Shown here one piece after another: positions 17,946 through 27,739 of a stretch of DNA of 64,000 nt (the stretch's first letter is position 1; each line of letters opens with the position of its first letter). The translations under genes were made by a program, and so were the position numbers. The notes under the pieces are model-generated. The model did no database searches, was not told where the DNA came from, and was given only the letters and a program-made list of their open reading frames with translations. This DNA is from Minisyncoccia bacterium (GTDB lineage: Bacteria > Patescibacteriota > Minisyncoccia > Phycocordibacterales > Phycocordibacteraceae): positions 38,902 to 102,901 of the forward strand of contig JBAQPM010000006.1 in the NCBI GenBank assembly GCA_049305795.1. The letters run 5' to 3'.

Positions 17946-19001
17946 ATGACGCTTGGATTATTGTTTCTCATTTCCTTCCTCGTTCTCGTTGTGGTTTCTG
18001 GAGGATTATTTTGGCTTTTCGCACACATTCTCGCACCGCTTGTTCCAGCAATAAATTACATACACACGCTCGTGCAGCTGGAAATCATTATTGCTGTTGC
18101 GCTCGGAATCGTTGCGATTGTGTTTCTGGTGCTGCGTCGTGTTATCGGACGACCCATGCGTGAGCTCACCAGGGTGATGGCGTTATTTGTGGCGAAGGGT
18201 ACAAGGACCACTGCTGTCACCTCCTCTTTTTCCCCGCGCGAAATTATTGAGCTCAAGCAATCGCTCGAACAGTTCATGGAAAATGTCGAAAATGCTCACA
18301 AACGTGACGTTGAAGTCTCGAGAGTAAAGTCTGACTTTATTTCAACAGCGGCACACCAGCTGCGCACGCCCCTCACCGGCATTCGTTGGGCTCTTGAAGC
18401 ACTTGAAAAAGACAACATCACCGAAGAACAACACTCTCTCGTAAAAAGTGCGGCCGATAAAAGTCGCGAGCTTGTTTCCATCGTGGGAACACTGCTTGAT
18501 ATTTCAGCTATTGAGTCGGGTAAATACAAATATGTATTTGAATCAGTAAATCTTGACGCGCTGGCGCTTGAAATCGTGCAGGACTTTATGCCGCTTGCCA
18601 AAACAAAAAATGTTTCTTTGCAATACCTGGCTCCTGATGGCCTCGTTGCGCCTGTGCGAGCCGACCGTGAACGCATTAAATGGGTTCTTACCAACCTTGT
18701 GGAAAATGCCGTTCGGTACACGCCCGAGGGAGGAAGCGTCATTATCACCATGGGCTCTGGCGCGGGGCGTGTGTACGTTATGGTTCGAGACAACGGCATT
18801 GGCATACCCCTTGAGGATCGTGGAAACATTTTTGAGCGTTTTTATCGCGCAGGAAATGCTGTGGCAAAGGAAAATCAGGGCAATGGTCTGGGGCTTTATA
18901 TCGCACGCACCATTGCAAACGACCATGGTGGGGATCTGAATTTTAACGCAAACGAGGACGGGCCAGGTACCACCTTCGTCCTGTCTCTTCCGAGTCTGTG
19001 A
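17946..19001 (+). CDS. sensor histidine kinase (2 TM, HisKA + HATPase_c)
   Basis: The H-box is FISTAAHQLRTPLTGI. The N, G1 and G2 boxes (NLVENAVRYT, RDNGIGIP, GNGLGLYI) are present. Confidence 0.85.
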   Translation: MTLGLLFLISFLVLVVVSGGLFWLFAHILAPLVPAINYIHTLVQLEIIIAVALGIVAIVFLVLRRVIGRPMRELTRVMALFVAKGTRTTAVTSSFSPREIIELKQSLEQFMENVENAHKRDVEVSRVKSDFISTAAHQLRTPLTGIRWALEALEKDNITEEQHSLVKSAADKSRELVSIVGTLLDISAIESGKYKYVFESVNLDALALEIVQDFMPLAKTKNVSLQYLAPDGLVAPVRADRERIKWVLTNLVENAVRYTPEGGSVIITMGSGAGRVYVMVRDNGIGIPLEDRGNIFERFYRAGNAVAKENQGNGLGLYIARTIANDHGGDLNFNANEDGPGTTFVLSLPSL

Positions 19002-19014
19002 TATAGTTACGCGT

Positions 19015-19392
19015 ATGACGGACACCAAGTTTATTATGGTTGTCGAGGACGATCCGATTTTAAAAAACCTCCTCGGACACACCTTTGCAGGTAAATATCA
19101 AACTCTCTACGCCTCAGACGGAAATGAGGCCATTTCTCTTTTTGAGGAATACAAACCAGCCCTTGTGTTGCTCGACCTCATGCTTCCTACGCTCGATGGC
19201 TTTGCGGTGCTTGAACAAATCCGCAAACGCACGGACGTTCTTAAAAGCGTGCCCATCGTTGTCGTTTCAAATCTCGGACAGGACAAAGATAAAGAACGCG
19301 CGATAACCCTTGGAGCGACGGATTACCTCGTGAAAGCCGAAGTTTCAGTAGAGGAAATTGTTTCGAAGATAGAACAGATACTCAACAAGTGA
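19015..19392 (+). CDS. stand-alone response-regulator receiver domain (CheY-like)
   Basis: The residues DD...D (VVEDD, LLDLMLP) and the T/K region are present. There is no output domain (125 aa). Confidence 0.85.
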   Translation: MTDTKFIMVVEDDPILKNLLGHTFAGKYQTLYASDGNEAISLFEEYKPALVLLDLMLPTLDGFAVLEQIRKRTDVLKSVPIVVVSNLGQDKDKERAITLGATDYLVKAEVSVEEIVSKIEQILNK

Positions 19393-19446
19393 GTTGTGCT
19401 ATAGTGTCATCGACCCTGCGCCGCCACGCGCAGGAAGTCTCATATA

Positions 19447-22092
19447 ATGACTGCGAAATCTTCCAAAGAAAAACACGAACATGAACGGGGAGCCGATTGG
19501 CTCACTGTGAAAGGTGCGCGCACTCATAACCTCAAAAACATTTCCGTAGAAATGCCGCGTGGCGCTATGACGGTCATCACGGGTCTTTCCGGTTCCGGAA
19601 AATCATCTCTTGCCTTTGATACTATTTTTGCCGAAGGACAACGGCGCTATGTCGAATCGCTTTCCGCATACGCGCGCCAGTTTTTAAACCAAATGGGGAA
19701 GCCAGACGTAGATGAGATTACCGGCCTTTCTCCAGCCATTTCCATAGACCAAAAAAGTCGCTCGAACAATCCGCGCTCAACGGTGGCAACCATTACGGAA
19801 ATTTATGACTACCTGCGTGTTTTGTATGCGCGTGCAGGCCAGCCCTACTGTATCAACCACGATGTGCCCATTTCAAAACTCTCAAAAGAGGAAATGATTA
19901 AGCTAATCATGACTCGCATGGAAGCTCGTAATGAAGCCGAGACTGAATCGGTGATGAATGTGTTGGTCGACAAACGAGCCGTCACTATTTACGCGCCGAT
20001 TGTTGTTGGCAGAAAGGGTGAATACTATCAGCTTCTCTACGATTTACTTGGAAAAGGATATGAAAAAGTGTTGGTGGACGGCAAAACGCACTCCCTTCGT
20101 GAAAAAATAGAACTTGATAGGAATAAGCGACATGACATTGATGCCGTCGTTGATTCTATCTATCTTTCAGAATTTACAAAAAACGCTTCGTTCGCGCGTG
20201 AACGCCTGGGAGACGCTCTTGAGCTTGCCCTTAAGGAAGCTGATGGATTGGTGAAAATAAAACACACCGATGGGGAAGTAGAAACACTTTCCGCAAAATT
20301 TATTTGCCCAGACGATGGTGTTTCTTTCCCCGAGGTGGAACCTCGTCTCTTTTCTTTCAACAGCCCCTATGGCGCCTGTCCAAATTGTAATGGTCTTGGA
20401 ACCGAGTCTCTTTTTTCAGAAGAGCTTTGTCCTGTCTGTGGTGGGGCACGTCTTCGCCCCGAAGCTCTTCGCGTGTATTTGAAAGGCAAAGAAAAAGGTT
20501 TGGGAAAAAATATCGTTGAATTCACTTCGCTTTCCATACGCGAGGCGAAGACGTTTATTGACGGACTTGAACTTTCGGATTTGAAAAAAGAAATCGCTGC
20601 ACCCATTGTACGCGAGATAGACAATCGGCTTACCTTCATGCTCGATGTGGGGCTTGAATATCTTACCCTAAACCGCACGGCCCTCACCCTTTCAGGAGGC
20701 GAGAGCCAGCGCATCCGTCTTGCCTCCCAGCTTGGCACGGGGCTTGTGGGAGCACTCTACGTGCTTGATGAGCCTACTATCGGTCTTCACCAGCGCGATA
20801 ATGACCGGCTCATTAAAACCCTCTTGTCTCTTAAGGAGCTTGGAAACACTATCATTGTGGTTGAACACGACGAAGACACGATTTATTCGGCAGACTATCT
20901 TGTTGATATTGGTCCTGGTGCTGGTGTGCATGGCGGGGAGGTAGTGGTCTCTGGTTGGCTTGATGAGTTGCTGACGGCAAAAAAGAATGACAGCAATTCA
21001 GTAACGCTTGCGTATCTGCGCGAAGAAAAAGAAATAGAGGTTCCCGAGGAGCGTCGTACTTCGGAAAAAGGTTCCATCAAGGTTCGTGGCGCAACACTCC
21101 ATAATTTGAAGAATCAAAATATAGACATTCCACTTGGAAAACTGGTTTGTATCACGGGAGTGTCTGGTTCGGGTAAGTCAACCTTCCTTTACGACATTTT
21201 GCATAAAAACGTTGCCGCTCGTTTTTCAAGACGAGAAGTAAAGCCCGTGCATGTGTCTTCCATCACAGGCACGGAATATGTCGGGCGCGTGGTCATGATT
21301 GACCAGTCTCCCATTGGCCGCACGCCGCGTTCAAACCCTGCAACCTACACAGGAGCGTTTACGCACATTCGTGATCTTTTCTCCGCAACCTCCGAAGCGC
21401 GAGCGCGCGGGTGGAAACCAGGACGATTTTCTTTCAACGTGCCTGGCGGACGCTGCGAAGCGTGTCAGGGAAATGGCATGATCGCCGTTGAAATGCACTT
21501 TCTCCCGACGGTATATGTCACGTGTGACATCTGTAACGGAAAGCGATTTATGAAAGAGACGCTCGATGTGACCTTCCACGGAAAAAATATCTTTGAAGTA
21601 TTGCAAATGACTGTTGAAGAGGGTGTGTCATTTTTCCAAGATATTCCTGCCATTGCTGACCGGCTTGAAACCCTTCAGTCAACGGGTCTTGGGTATTTAA
21701 CTCTTGGTCAGTCTGCAACAACACTTTCAGGCGGGGAGGCGCAGCGCGTTAAAATCGCAAGTGAGTTTTACCGACCCATCACCATGAAGACTTTGTATCT
21801 TCTTGACGAGCCTACGGTCGGCCTTCATTACGAGGACGTCAGAAAACTGCTTGAAATACTTCAGGAACTCGTGCGGCGTGGAAATACCGTGGTGGTGATT
21901 GAGCACAATCTCGATGTTGTAAAGTCAGCCGACTATCTCATTGACTTTGGTCCAGAGGGTGGAGCGGGTGGCGGTAAAATTGTTGCAAAAGGCACGCCAG
22001 AAGAAGTTGCAGAGGTGGAAGGGTCACACACGGCAACCTATCTCGCAAAAGTATTGAAACGACGAGTCAAAAAAGTAAAAAAGGAAACATAA
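19447..22092 (+). CDS. uvrA: excinuclease ABC subunit A
   Basis: Two ABC ATPase modules ([19 protein letters not shown]) and zinc-finger cysteines are present in an 881-aa protein. Confidence 0.95.
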   Translation: MTAKSSKEKHEHERGADWLTVKGARTHNLKNISVEMPRGAMTVITGLSGSGKSSLAFDTIFAEGQRRYVESLSAYARQFLNQMGKPDVDEITGLSPAISIDQKSRSNNPRSTVATITEIYDYLRVLYARAGQPYCINHDVPISKLSKEEMIKLIMTRMEARNEAETESVMNVLVDKRAVTIYAPIVVGRKGEYYQLLYDLLGKGYEKVLVDGKTHSLREKIELDRNKRHDIDAVVDSIYLSEFTKNASFARERLGDALELALKEADGLVKIKHTDGEVETLSAKFICPDDGVSFPEVEPRLFSFNSPYGACPNCNGLGTESLFSEELCPVCGGARLRPEALRVYLKGKEKGLGKNIVEFTSLSIREAKTFIDGLELSDLKKEIAAPIVREIDNRLTFMLDVGLEYLTLNRTALTLSGGESQRIRLASQLGTGLVGALYVLDEPTIGLHQRDNDRLIKTLLSLKELGNTIIVVEHDEDTIYSADYLVDIGPGAGVHGGEVVVSGWLDELLTAKKNDSNSVTLAYLREEKEIEVPEERRTSEKGSIKVRGATLHNLKNQNIDIPLGKLVCITGVSGSGKSTFLYDILHKNVAARFSRREVKPVHVSSITGTEYVGRVVMIDQSPIGRTPRSNPATYTGAFTHIRDLFSATSEARARGWKPGRFSFNVPGGRCEACQGNGMIAVEMHFLPTVYVTCDICNGKRFMKETLDVTFHGKNIFEVLQMTVEEGVSFFQDIPAIADRLETLQSTGLGYLTLGQSATTLSGGEAQRVKIASEFYRPITMKTLYLLDEPTVGLHYEDVRKLLEILQELVRRGNTVVVIEHNLDVVKSADYLIDFGPEGGAGGGKIVAKGTPEEVAEVEGSHTATYLAKVLKRRVKKVKKET

Positions 22093-22127
22093 AGAGTAAT
22101 GAGCGGCATACCAGACGCCGCTCATTG

Positions 22128-22373
22128 CTACGTTCCTTTCTCTGTAAGGATCAGGCGAAGGATCGGAAATCCTTCTTTGAAAAGATCACCCCACCGCAGA
22201 TCCTGGTCGTTTTTCGGCTCGTCTGCGTAGACATGCACGAATATTTTTCTCCAGAAAACAGGGCTCGTGAAGATTCCGTACATGTCGTGTTCCACGAACA
22301 TGGGCACTTCCTCACGAAGCGCTTCTTCCATTGGTATTGGATATGTGGGAATAAGGAGCGGGAGTCCGGGCAC
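22128..22373 (-). CDS. small hypothetical protein (81 aa) wedged between uvrA and uvrC
   Basis: A near-perfect RBS aaggaggtca sits immediately upstream of the minus-strand ATG. The reading frame is protein-like. Confidence 0.45.
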   Translation of the reverse strand: MPGLPLLIPTYPIPMEEALREEVPMFVEHDMYGIFTSPVFWRKIFVHVYADEPKNDQDLRWGDLFKEGFPILRLILTEKGT

Positions 22374-22432
22374 AATTGACCTCCTTCTTGGTACGTTCTA
22401 GATATATATCGTACCATGGGTATACCGCCCTT

Positions 22433-23755
22433 ATGGAAAGAAGCGCACTAAAAGCATACGACCTTCCGGATGTTCCCGGAGTGTATTTGTTTTCCACGGG
22501 AAGGGGTCGTGGGAAAAAGGTCACCTATGTAGGCAAGGCAACCAGTCTTCGCGACCGGGTGCGCTCGTATTTTGATGACGACCTTATTGCCACTCGGGGG
22601 CCGCGTGTTGTGGACATGGTCACCAAGGCTGATGGGCTTTCATACGAAACTACTCCCACCGTGCTTGAAGCTTTGGTGCGCGAAGCGGCGCTCATTCGCA
22701 AATATCATCCCTATGCAAACGTAGAGGGAAAGGATGATAAAACATTTCTGTACGCCGTCATTACTGACGAAATCATTCCGCGTGTTCTTGCTATACGGGG
22801 CAAAGATTTGGAACAGCTTGCCAGTGGCAGCTGGCAGCTGGCAGAAGAATCCTCTGCTATACATCTGCCCACTGCAAGCCGCAAGCTGCACGCGGTCCAT
22901 GGTCCGTTTCCGTCGGGTTACCAACTTCGCGAGGGGCTCCGTCTCATTCGTCGTGTTTTTCCTTTTTATGATACCGATCAGCCCATTACCATTGATGCCT
23001 CCACGGGGCGTTTGATGCGCGGAGGAAACAAACACCATCAGGCAAAAGTAGAATTCAATCGTCAAATTGGACAGTATCCTCGGGAATTCAACCGAAAAGA
23101 ATATTTGCGCTCTATTCGAAACGTCTCTCTTTTTCTTGAGGGGGAAACCCGGGCGCTTCGGCAAATGCTTACGCGCGAAATGAAAAAGGCTGCGGAAGAC
23201 GAGCGATTTGAAGATGCTGCTGATATTCGCCGACAACTTTTCTCTCTTGACCACATACAGGATGTCTCGCTCATTAAGGAAGAACGAGATCATGATGCAA
23301 ACAGTCCTCGCATTGAGGCATATGACACTGCACACATCTCAGGCACGAATGCCATTGCAGTGATGACCGTTGTAGACGGAGGCGTGCCGGTAAAACGCGA
23401 TTATCGAACATTTCGTATACGAGGAGTCAGGGGCAAACAATTAAATGACGACATTGCTTCTTTAAAAGAAGTTCTTTCTCGAAGACTTCCACACACCGAA
23501 TGGCAATACCCCCGTGTCATTGTGGTGGATGGCGGAAAAACCCACAAAAAAGCAGCAGAGGATGTCTTAAAAGAAGCTGGTGTTGCCATTCCGGTTGTTG
23601 CCGTGGTGAAAGATGAAAGGCATCGTCCTCGAGAAGTCATTGGTGCTCGGGTCGCGGGTATTTCCGAAGCAGATGCAGTGCTCGCAAACAGCGAAGCGCA
23701 CCGTTTTGCTCTTCTACGCCACCGCAGAGCTCGACAAAAGAATTTGCGGGTATAG
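22433..23755 (+). CDS. uvrC: excinuclease ABC subunit C, short form lacking C-terminal HhH
   Basis: It has an N-terminal GIY-YIG (GVYLF...YVGKA), a UVR domain (FEDAADIRRQLFSL) and an RNase-H-like endonuclease domain. The protein ends without an HhH. Confidence 0.85.
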   Translation: MERSALKAYDLPDVPGVYLFSTGRGRGKKVTYVGKATSLRDRVRSYFDDDLIATRGPRVVDMVTKADGLSYETTPTVLEALVREAALIRKYHPYANVEGKDDKTFLYAVITDEIIPRVLAIRGKDLEQLASGSWQLAEESSAIHLPTASRKLHAVHGPFPSGYQLREGLRLIRRVFPFYDTDQPITIDASTGRLMRGGNKHHQAKVEFNRQIGQYPREFNRKEYLRSIRNVSLFLEGETRALRQMLTREMKKAAEDERFEDAADIRRQLFSLDHIQDVSLIKEERDHDANSPRIEAYDTAHISGTNAIAVMTVVDGGVPVKRDYRTFRIRGVRGKQLNDDIASLKEVLSRRLPHTEWQYPRVIVVDGGKTHKKAAEDVLKEAGVAIPVVAVVKDERHRPREVIGARVAGISEADAVLANSEAHRFALLRHRRARQKNLRV

Positions 23756-23773
23756 CTTTGCTATACTGTTCCC

Positions 23774-24745
23774 ATGCATGGCACCGTTGTAGGCGTTTTG
23801 CGGGGAGGTCCTTCACGCGAACATGATGTTTCGCTTAAAACGGGTGCGGCAATTGTCGCGAGCCTTCCAACAGATCGTTACACTACTCGTGATATCTATA
23901 TTGACCGACAGGGCACGTGGCATGACCATGGGCGGCCCGTTTCTCCCGTTCGGGCGCTTCAAGCTGTTGACGCGGTGCTTATTGGTTTGCATGGTGAGTA
24001 TGGAGAAGACGGAGGGGTACAGAAGCTCCTCGAACAACTCGGCATTCGCTATGCTGGCTCCGATTCTTTCGGTTCGTTTCTTGCGATGCATAAGTTTCTC
24101 GCAAAACAAAAAGCAAAAGAAGCAGGGCTTCTGGTTGCCCGTGATTACTTTGTTGAAAACATTGAAGACGCGGAGCGCGGAGCGCACGAAGCAACACGAA
24201 GTTTTTCGCAACCTGTTGTTATAAAGCCTGTTGCGTGGGGCTCGTCGGTCGGCGTTTCCGTCGTTTCTGGCTACCTTCCCATCTATGAGGCTATCCAAGC
24301 TTTGTTTGAGGGTGGCGCGCGCGGAGTTCTTATCGAAGAGCGAATTAAGGGCATCGAAGCAACGGCCGGTGTGGTTGAAGGTTTGCGGGATGAGACCCTC
24401 TATGCGCTTCCACCCATTGAAATCATTCCTCCAGAATTTGCAGGATATTTTGCTGCCCATGTGAAATATACTGGCGAAACAAAAGAAATATGCCCCGGTC
24501 GTTTTCCAAGATCTACACATGAAGAATTGATGCAGGCGGCAAAAACAATGCACGAGGCACTTGGACTTAAACACTACTCACGCTCGGACTTCATCGTTTC
24601 TCCAAAAGGCGTGTACTACCTTGAGACAAACACGCTTCCCGGAATGACCTCCGAATCTCTTCTGCCAAAATCCCTCGCAGCGGTCGGCGTGTCGTTTCCA
24701 GACTTTCTGTCACATCTTGTTGAGCTTGCTCTTCAGAAAAAATAA
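23774..24745 (+). CDS. ddl: D-alanine--D-alanine ligase
   Basis: An ATP-grasp fold with N-terminal VLRGGPSREHDVSL is present. Confidence 0.9.
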   Translation: MHGTVVGVLRGGPSREHDVSLKTGAAIVASLPTDRYTTRDIYIDRQGTWHDHGRPVSPVRALQAVDAVLIGLHGEYGEDGGVQKLLEQLGIRYAGSDSFGSFLAMHKFLAKQKAKEAGLLVARDYFVENIEDAERGAHEATRSFSQPVVIKPVAWGSSVGVSVVSGYLPIYEAIQALFEGGARGVLIEERIKGIEATAGVVEGLRDETLYALPPIEIIPPEFAGYFAAHVKYTGETKEICPGRFPRSTHEELMQAAKTMHEALGLKHYSRSDFIVSPKGVYYLETNTLPGMTSESLLPKSLAAVGVSFPDFLSHLVELALQKK

Positions 24746-24746
24746 T

Positions 24747-25079
24747 ATGAATCCACTTGTCTTAAAAAAATGTAAACCATGCGAGGGTAATGTGCAGCCT
24801 CTTACCGGAAGTGAGCTAGAAACCTACCTTGCCAGTGTTCCCGAATGGAACATAACTGATGACGGTAAATCAATTTCTCGAGAATTTGGATTTCCCGATT
24901 TTGCGAAAGCCATGGCTTTCGCAAACAAAGTCGCCACTATTGCCCAGGAAGAATGGCATCACCCTGACATGCGCGTCGGGTGGGGGCGGGTAAGCATCAC
25001 GCTCCAAACCCACGCCATCAAAGGCCTTTCCGAAAACGATTTCATTGTTGCGGCGAAAGTGGGGGAGTTGCCTCAATAA
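24747..25079 (+). CDS. pterin-4a-carbinolamine dehydratase (PCD/DCoH)
   Basis: The motif EEWHHPD and the family length (110 aa) match. Confidence 0.8.
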   Translation: MNPLVLKKCKPCEGNVQPLTGSELETYLASVPEWNITDDGKSISREFGFPDFAKAMAFANKVATIAQEEWHHPDMRVGWGRVSITLQTHAIKGLSENDFIVAAKVGELPQ

Positions 25080-25093
25080 AAGCGGCGGAAAAA

Positions 25094-25129
25094 TTGACGT
25101 ATTTTAATAGGTGTGTTAGTATAGTTTTA
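25094..25129 (+). promoter_or_regulatory. sigma-70-like promoter (TTGACG ... TAGTAT/TATAGT) preceding a ~200-nt leader
   Basis: TTGACG, a ~17-nt spacer and tagtatagt are present. The downstream ORF starts at 25330. Confidence 0.35.
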
Positions 25130-25329
25130 GATCAAAAACGACCATAAACTAAACCCGAAGTGTCATTTGGACACCTCCTCGCCTGTTTGGGTAATCAGGG
25201 CGCTAGAGGGAGGAAATGCAGGTCGGCTGCATGGTTCGAGGGTTCTTCTCACACCTTATCCCCTTCCGTAAGGAAGCAAGCGGTAGAGAAGCGTATTTGA
25301 GTAATTCGGCTCAGATATGGAGGGTATTC

Positions 25330-25659
25330 ATGACCGTCGTAAAGAAAATCGCGCTCCTTGATGTGGTTCAAAATGGATACGAACCTTATGACCGTAGGTT
25401 TATGTTGCAGATGACTTACGAATTCTGCCTCAAAAATCCTTCTATCATTCGGAACGTGTCATTGGTCAACTTGCTAAGGCAGGTTCGACTTGGAGGTCGG
25501 GTGATTAATGCACCCCACATTTCCTTTGAAATAGATGAAATAACGGAGGCAAAGTGGGAGTTTTTGCTGGATTCGATAGGAAGTTGGGCTGTAAAGCTTG
25601 AAGTCCTTCCCGATGATACTGAAACTACCATTCTGGTTCCGAGCGAGTTCAGGAAATAA
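25330..25659 (+). CDS. hypothetical protein (109 aa)
   Basis: The ATG follows ggaggg. No family is recognised. Confidence 0.5.
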   Translation: MTVVKKIALLDVVQNGYEPYDRRFMLQMTYEFCLKNPSIIRNVSLVNLLRQVRLGGRVINAPHISFEIDEITEAKWEFLLDSIGSWAVKLEVLPDDTETTILVPSEFRK

Positions 25660-25736
25660 CAGTGGCGCTGTCTTCGGACAGCGCCACTTCTTTTATAAGA
25701 TCTAGAGTGTCCTTGAGATAGATTAGAAAACCTCTA

Positions 25737-26243
25737 TTATTCTTTCGAAGGCAATCCAAGTTTATTTCGTACCTCTGAGAGACGTGTGGAATCTTCTCCC
25801 GCAGGTTGTAAATTTTCTGTTTGTTTCTCTTGCACTTGAGAAATGGCCGAAATTTTATTCTCTATTTCTCCAGATTCATTCCTTGCATGAATACCGACAA
25901 GATCGTTGACAGTCACTATTCGTGAACTTGCAATAGAAAAGGGAGCTTCAAGCACCACATGATCGGGTTGAACATTATGGAATTCACCATCCTTTCCACG
26001 TGTCCAATAGACTCTATCGCCATACTTTCGCACTCGTCCGACCCCAGCGCTTCCTGCGTTTCGTACTACTCCGCTAGTCATCAGATCATCAACTGCTCCA
26101 GCTTTAATTTGTCGGTACACATTCTCTGATGTCGTTGGGACATCAGTATTCTTTATCATCACACCCCACTCGAATACGGCATTGGGATTGGAGACAGGCT
26201 CTCTATTTTCAGGTTCTTTGTCAGCTGGAGGAGGTTTTTCCAT
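25737..26243 (-). CDS. hypothetical protein (168 aa)
   Basis: It is a full ORF convergent with the upstream gene. No family is recognised. Confidence 0.5.
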   Translation of the reverse strand: MEKPPPADKEPENREPVSNPNAVFEWGVMIKNTDVPTTSENVYRQIKAGAVDDLMTSGVVRNAGSAGVGRVRKYGDRVYWTRGKDGEFHNVQPDHVVLEAPFSIASSRIVTVNDLVGIHARNESGEIENKISAISQVQEKQTENLQPAGEDSTRLSEVRNKLGLPSKE

Positions 26244-26291
26244 ATGTTTTCAGTATAAGATAATTTGCGAAGATTAAAATCTATACTTTTG

Positions 26292-27514
26292 GTGGACACG
26301 TACAGGACCGCGAGTACGCTAGAGCCTGGAGACGTTCGGAGGTTAGAACCCCTTTTGGGGCTTTAAACTTTTCATATGTGGTCATTGGTACATCATATTA
26401 GAACCTTTCTCGTCCAATCCAGACCAATACATTTCCTTAGGCTGGTGGATTCGTGGGGTAGTCTGGAGGGTCAAAATGGCCTTCGGAGCCTAGAACGGAT
26501 CGGAGATTAGAACCCCTATTACTCCATAGGAAGATATAAGTGGCCGCCTGTTGTTTCTAGCCATCGTTTAATATTCTGCAACATGAGATATGTCCACATT
26601 GCCATTGTCCCAGAAGCTTCTGGCTTAAGAGTGTACACATTCAAAAGTTTATCTACATCACTAGGTGCAAAATCTCCAAAGTCTTCCACCACATGCTCAC
26701 CTTTTCCTTTATTCCTCAATAGGATGAACCTGTTCGGATAGCGTGTATTCTCTGAGTTTATGTCTGTACCTTTAGCTACACTGAAGTTAGCAATCTTCTG
26801 CGAACCAAGGGTGAAATTCTCACGCGTTTCAAAAGAACGCTTGATACTTGCTAACGTATTGCGCATTTCGAGCACTATTAGAATTTGCTCATCATTGAGC
26901 CTTGTAAGTACAAAGTTGTTCTCAAGTATTCTCGAAAAGTATTCGTATATCTCATCCCATGATTTAAACAGCTCAAACCCAGCAAACTTCCGATGCTGAA
27001 TGAGAGTTTCCAACTCCGATGGGGACATTTTTAGAAGGAGTGACGTTTGCGACCATACTCGCCCCCGCCCGAAGCCATAAAGGAACTTTGAGAGCGTGTG
27101 GAGTATGGAGTAAATATCTCTATCAACAATCCTCTTGGCATATTCAAAGACTTCTTTATTTAGTTCTTTCTGTGATCGGGCTTTTATGAGTTCGTAGAGA
27201 AAGAAAGCAAAGAATATTGAAGCAATGTTTGATGATATGGAAAGAAACCAATTATTCCAGAGTTGATTTGAAATGAAGTAAGAAAGATAAAAGAAAACCC
27301 CAGCTGTGATTGCTAAGGAGATATAAGGAATTGTTCTCCAGAAAGTCTTCCCAAATATTGTTCGCATTACTTAATGATACCTCGCAAGTGGGTTCTAGGT
27401 ATCATAGGGGTTTCTGGGATATTAGAACCTACGACGAGTAGGAAATAAAAGACGAAAACTCCCTTTCAGGAGTTTCGTGAACAAATGTGGACCGTACAGG
27501 ACCGCGATTACGCT
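26292..27514. mobile_element. putative integrated-element remnant bounded by 28-29-bp direct repeats that share 15 bp with the tRNA-Ala 3' end
   Basis: The direct repeats are GTGGACACGTACAGGACCGCGAGTACGCT (26292-26320) and GTGGACCGTACAGGACCGCGATTACGCT (27487-27514). The interior is lower in GC than its flanks. Internal repeats GAGCCTGGAGACGTTCGGAGGTTAGAACCCCT (26322-26354) and GAGCCTAGAACGGATCGGAGATTAGAACCCCT (26485-26516) are present, with an inverted partial copy at 27405-27430. Confidence 0.4.
26519..27367 (-). CDS. hypothetical membrane-anchored protein (2 N-terminal TM + cytosolic domain), island cargo
   Basis: The 282-aa ORF is AT-rich, with the RBS gaggt upstream on the minus strand. 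TTAGAACC repeat motifs flank it in both orientations. Confidence 0.5.
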   Translation of the reverse strand: MRTIFGKTFWRTIPYISLAITAGVFFYLSYFISNQLWNNWFLSISSNIASIFFAFFLYELIKARSQKELNKEVFEYAKRIVDRDIYSILHTLSKFLYGFGRGRVWSQTSLLLKMSPSELETLIQHRKFAGFELFKSWDEIYEYFSRILENNFVLTRLNDEQILIVLEMRNTLASIKRSFETRENFTLGSQKIANFSVAKGTDINSENTRYPNRFILLRNKGKGEHVVEDFGDFAPSDVDKLLNVYTLKPEASGTMAMWTYLMLQNIKRWLETTGGHLYLPME

Positions 27515-27739
27515 TTTTGACCTCGAGTCCAACACTCTAATATTTAAATCCGTACAGGCACGGCTTCGCCTTTTGGTCACGACTCACTAAGTTCGAGGAC
27601 TCGCTAAGTGGTCTCGACCCCGACTCGACAACAGGTTTCGCGGACTCAACCTGGCTTCGCGTCTCCGTCTTTCAAATCCTGTACGGTCCTACAAAAACAA
27701 TAGTCGCCCAATGCTTTCGCATCAGGCTCCTTTGTTTTG

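Noticed and set aside
23813-24574. 253-aa minus-strand ORF
   Set aside because: It lies entirely antisense within ddl, which has strong family motifs on the + strand.
26290-27700. Possible CRISPR array suggested by repeated TTAGAACC and GGACCGTACAGG motifs
   Set aside because: The repeats are few and of different lengths. They occur in both orientations with irregular spacing, and one spacer is a full ORF. This is not a CRISPR architecture.
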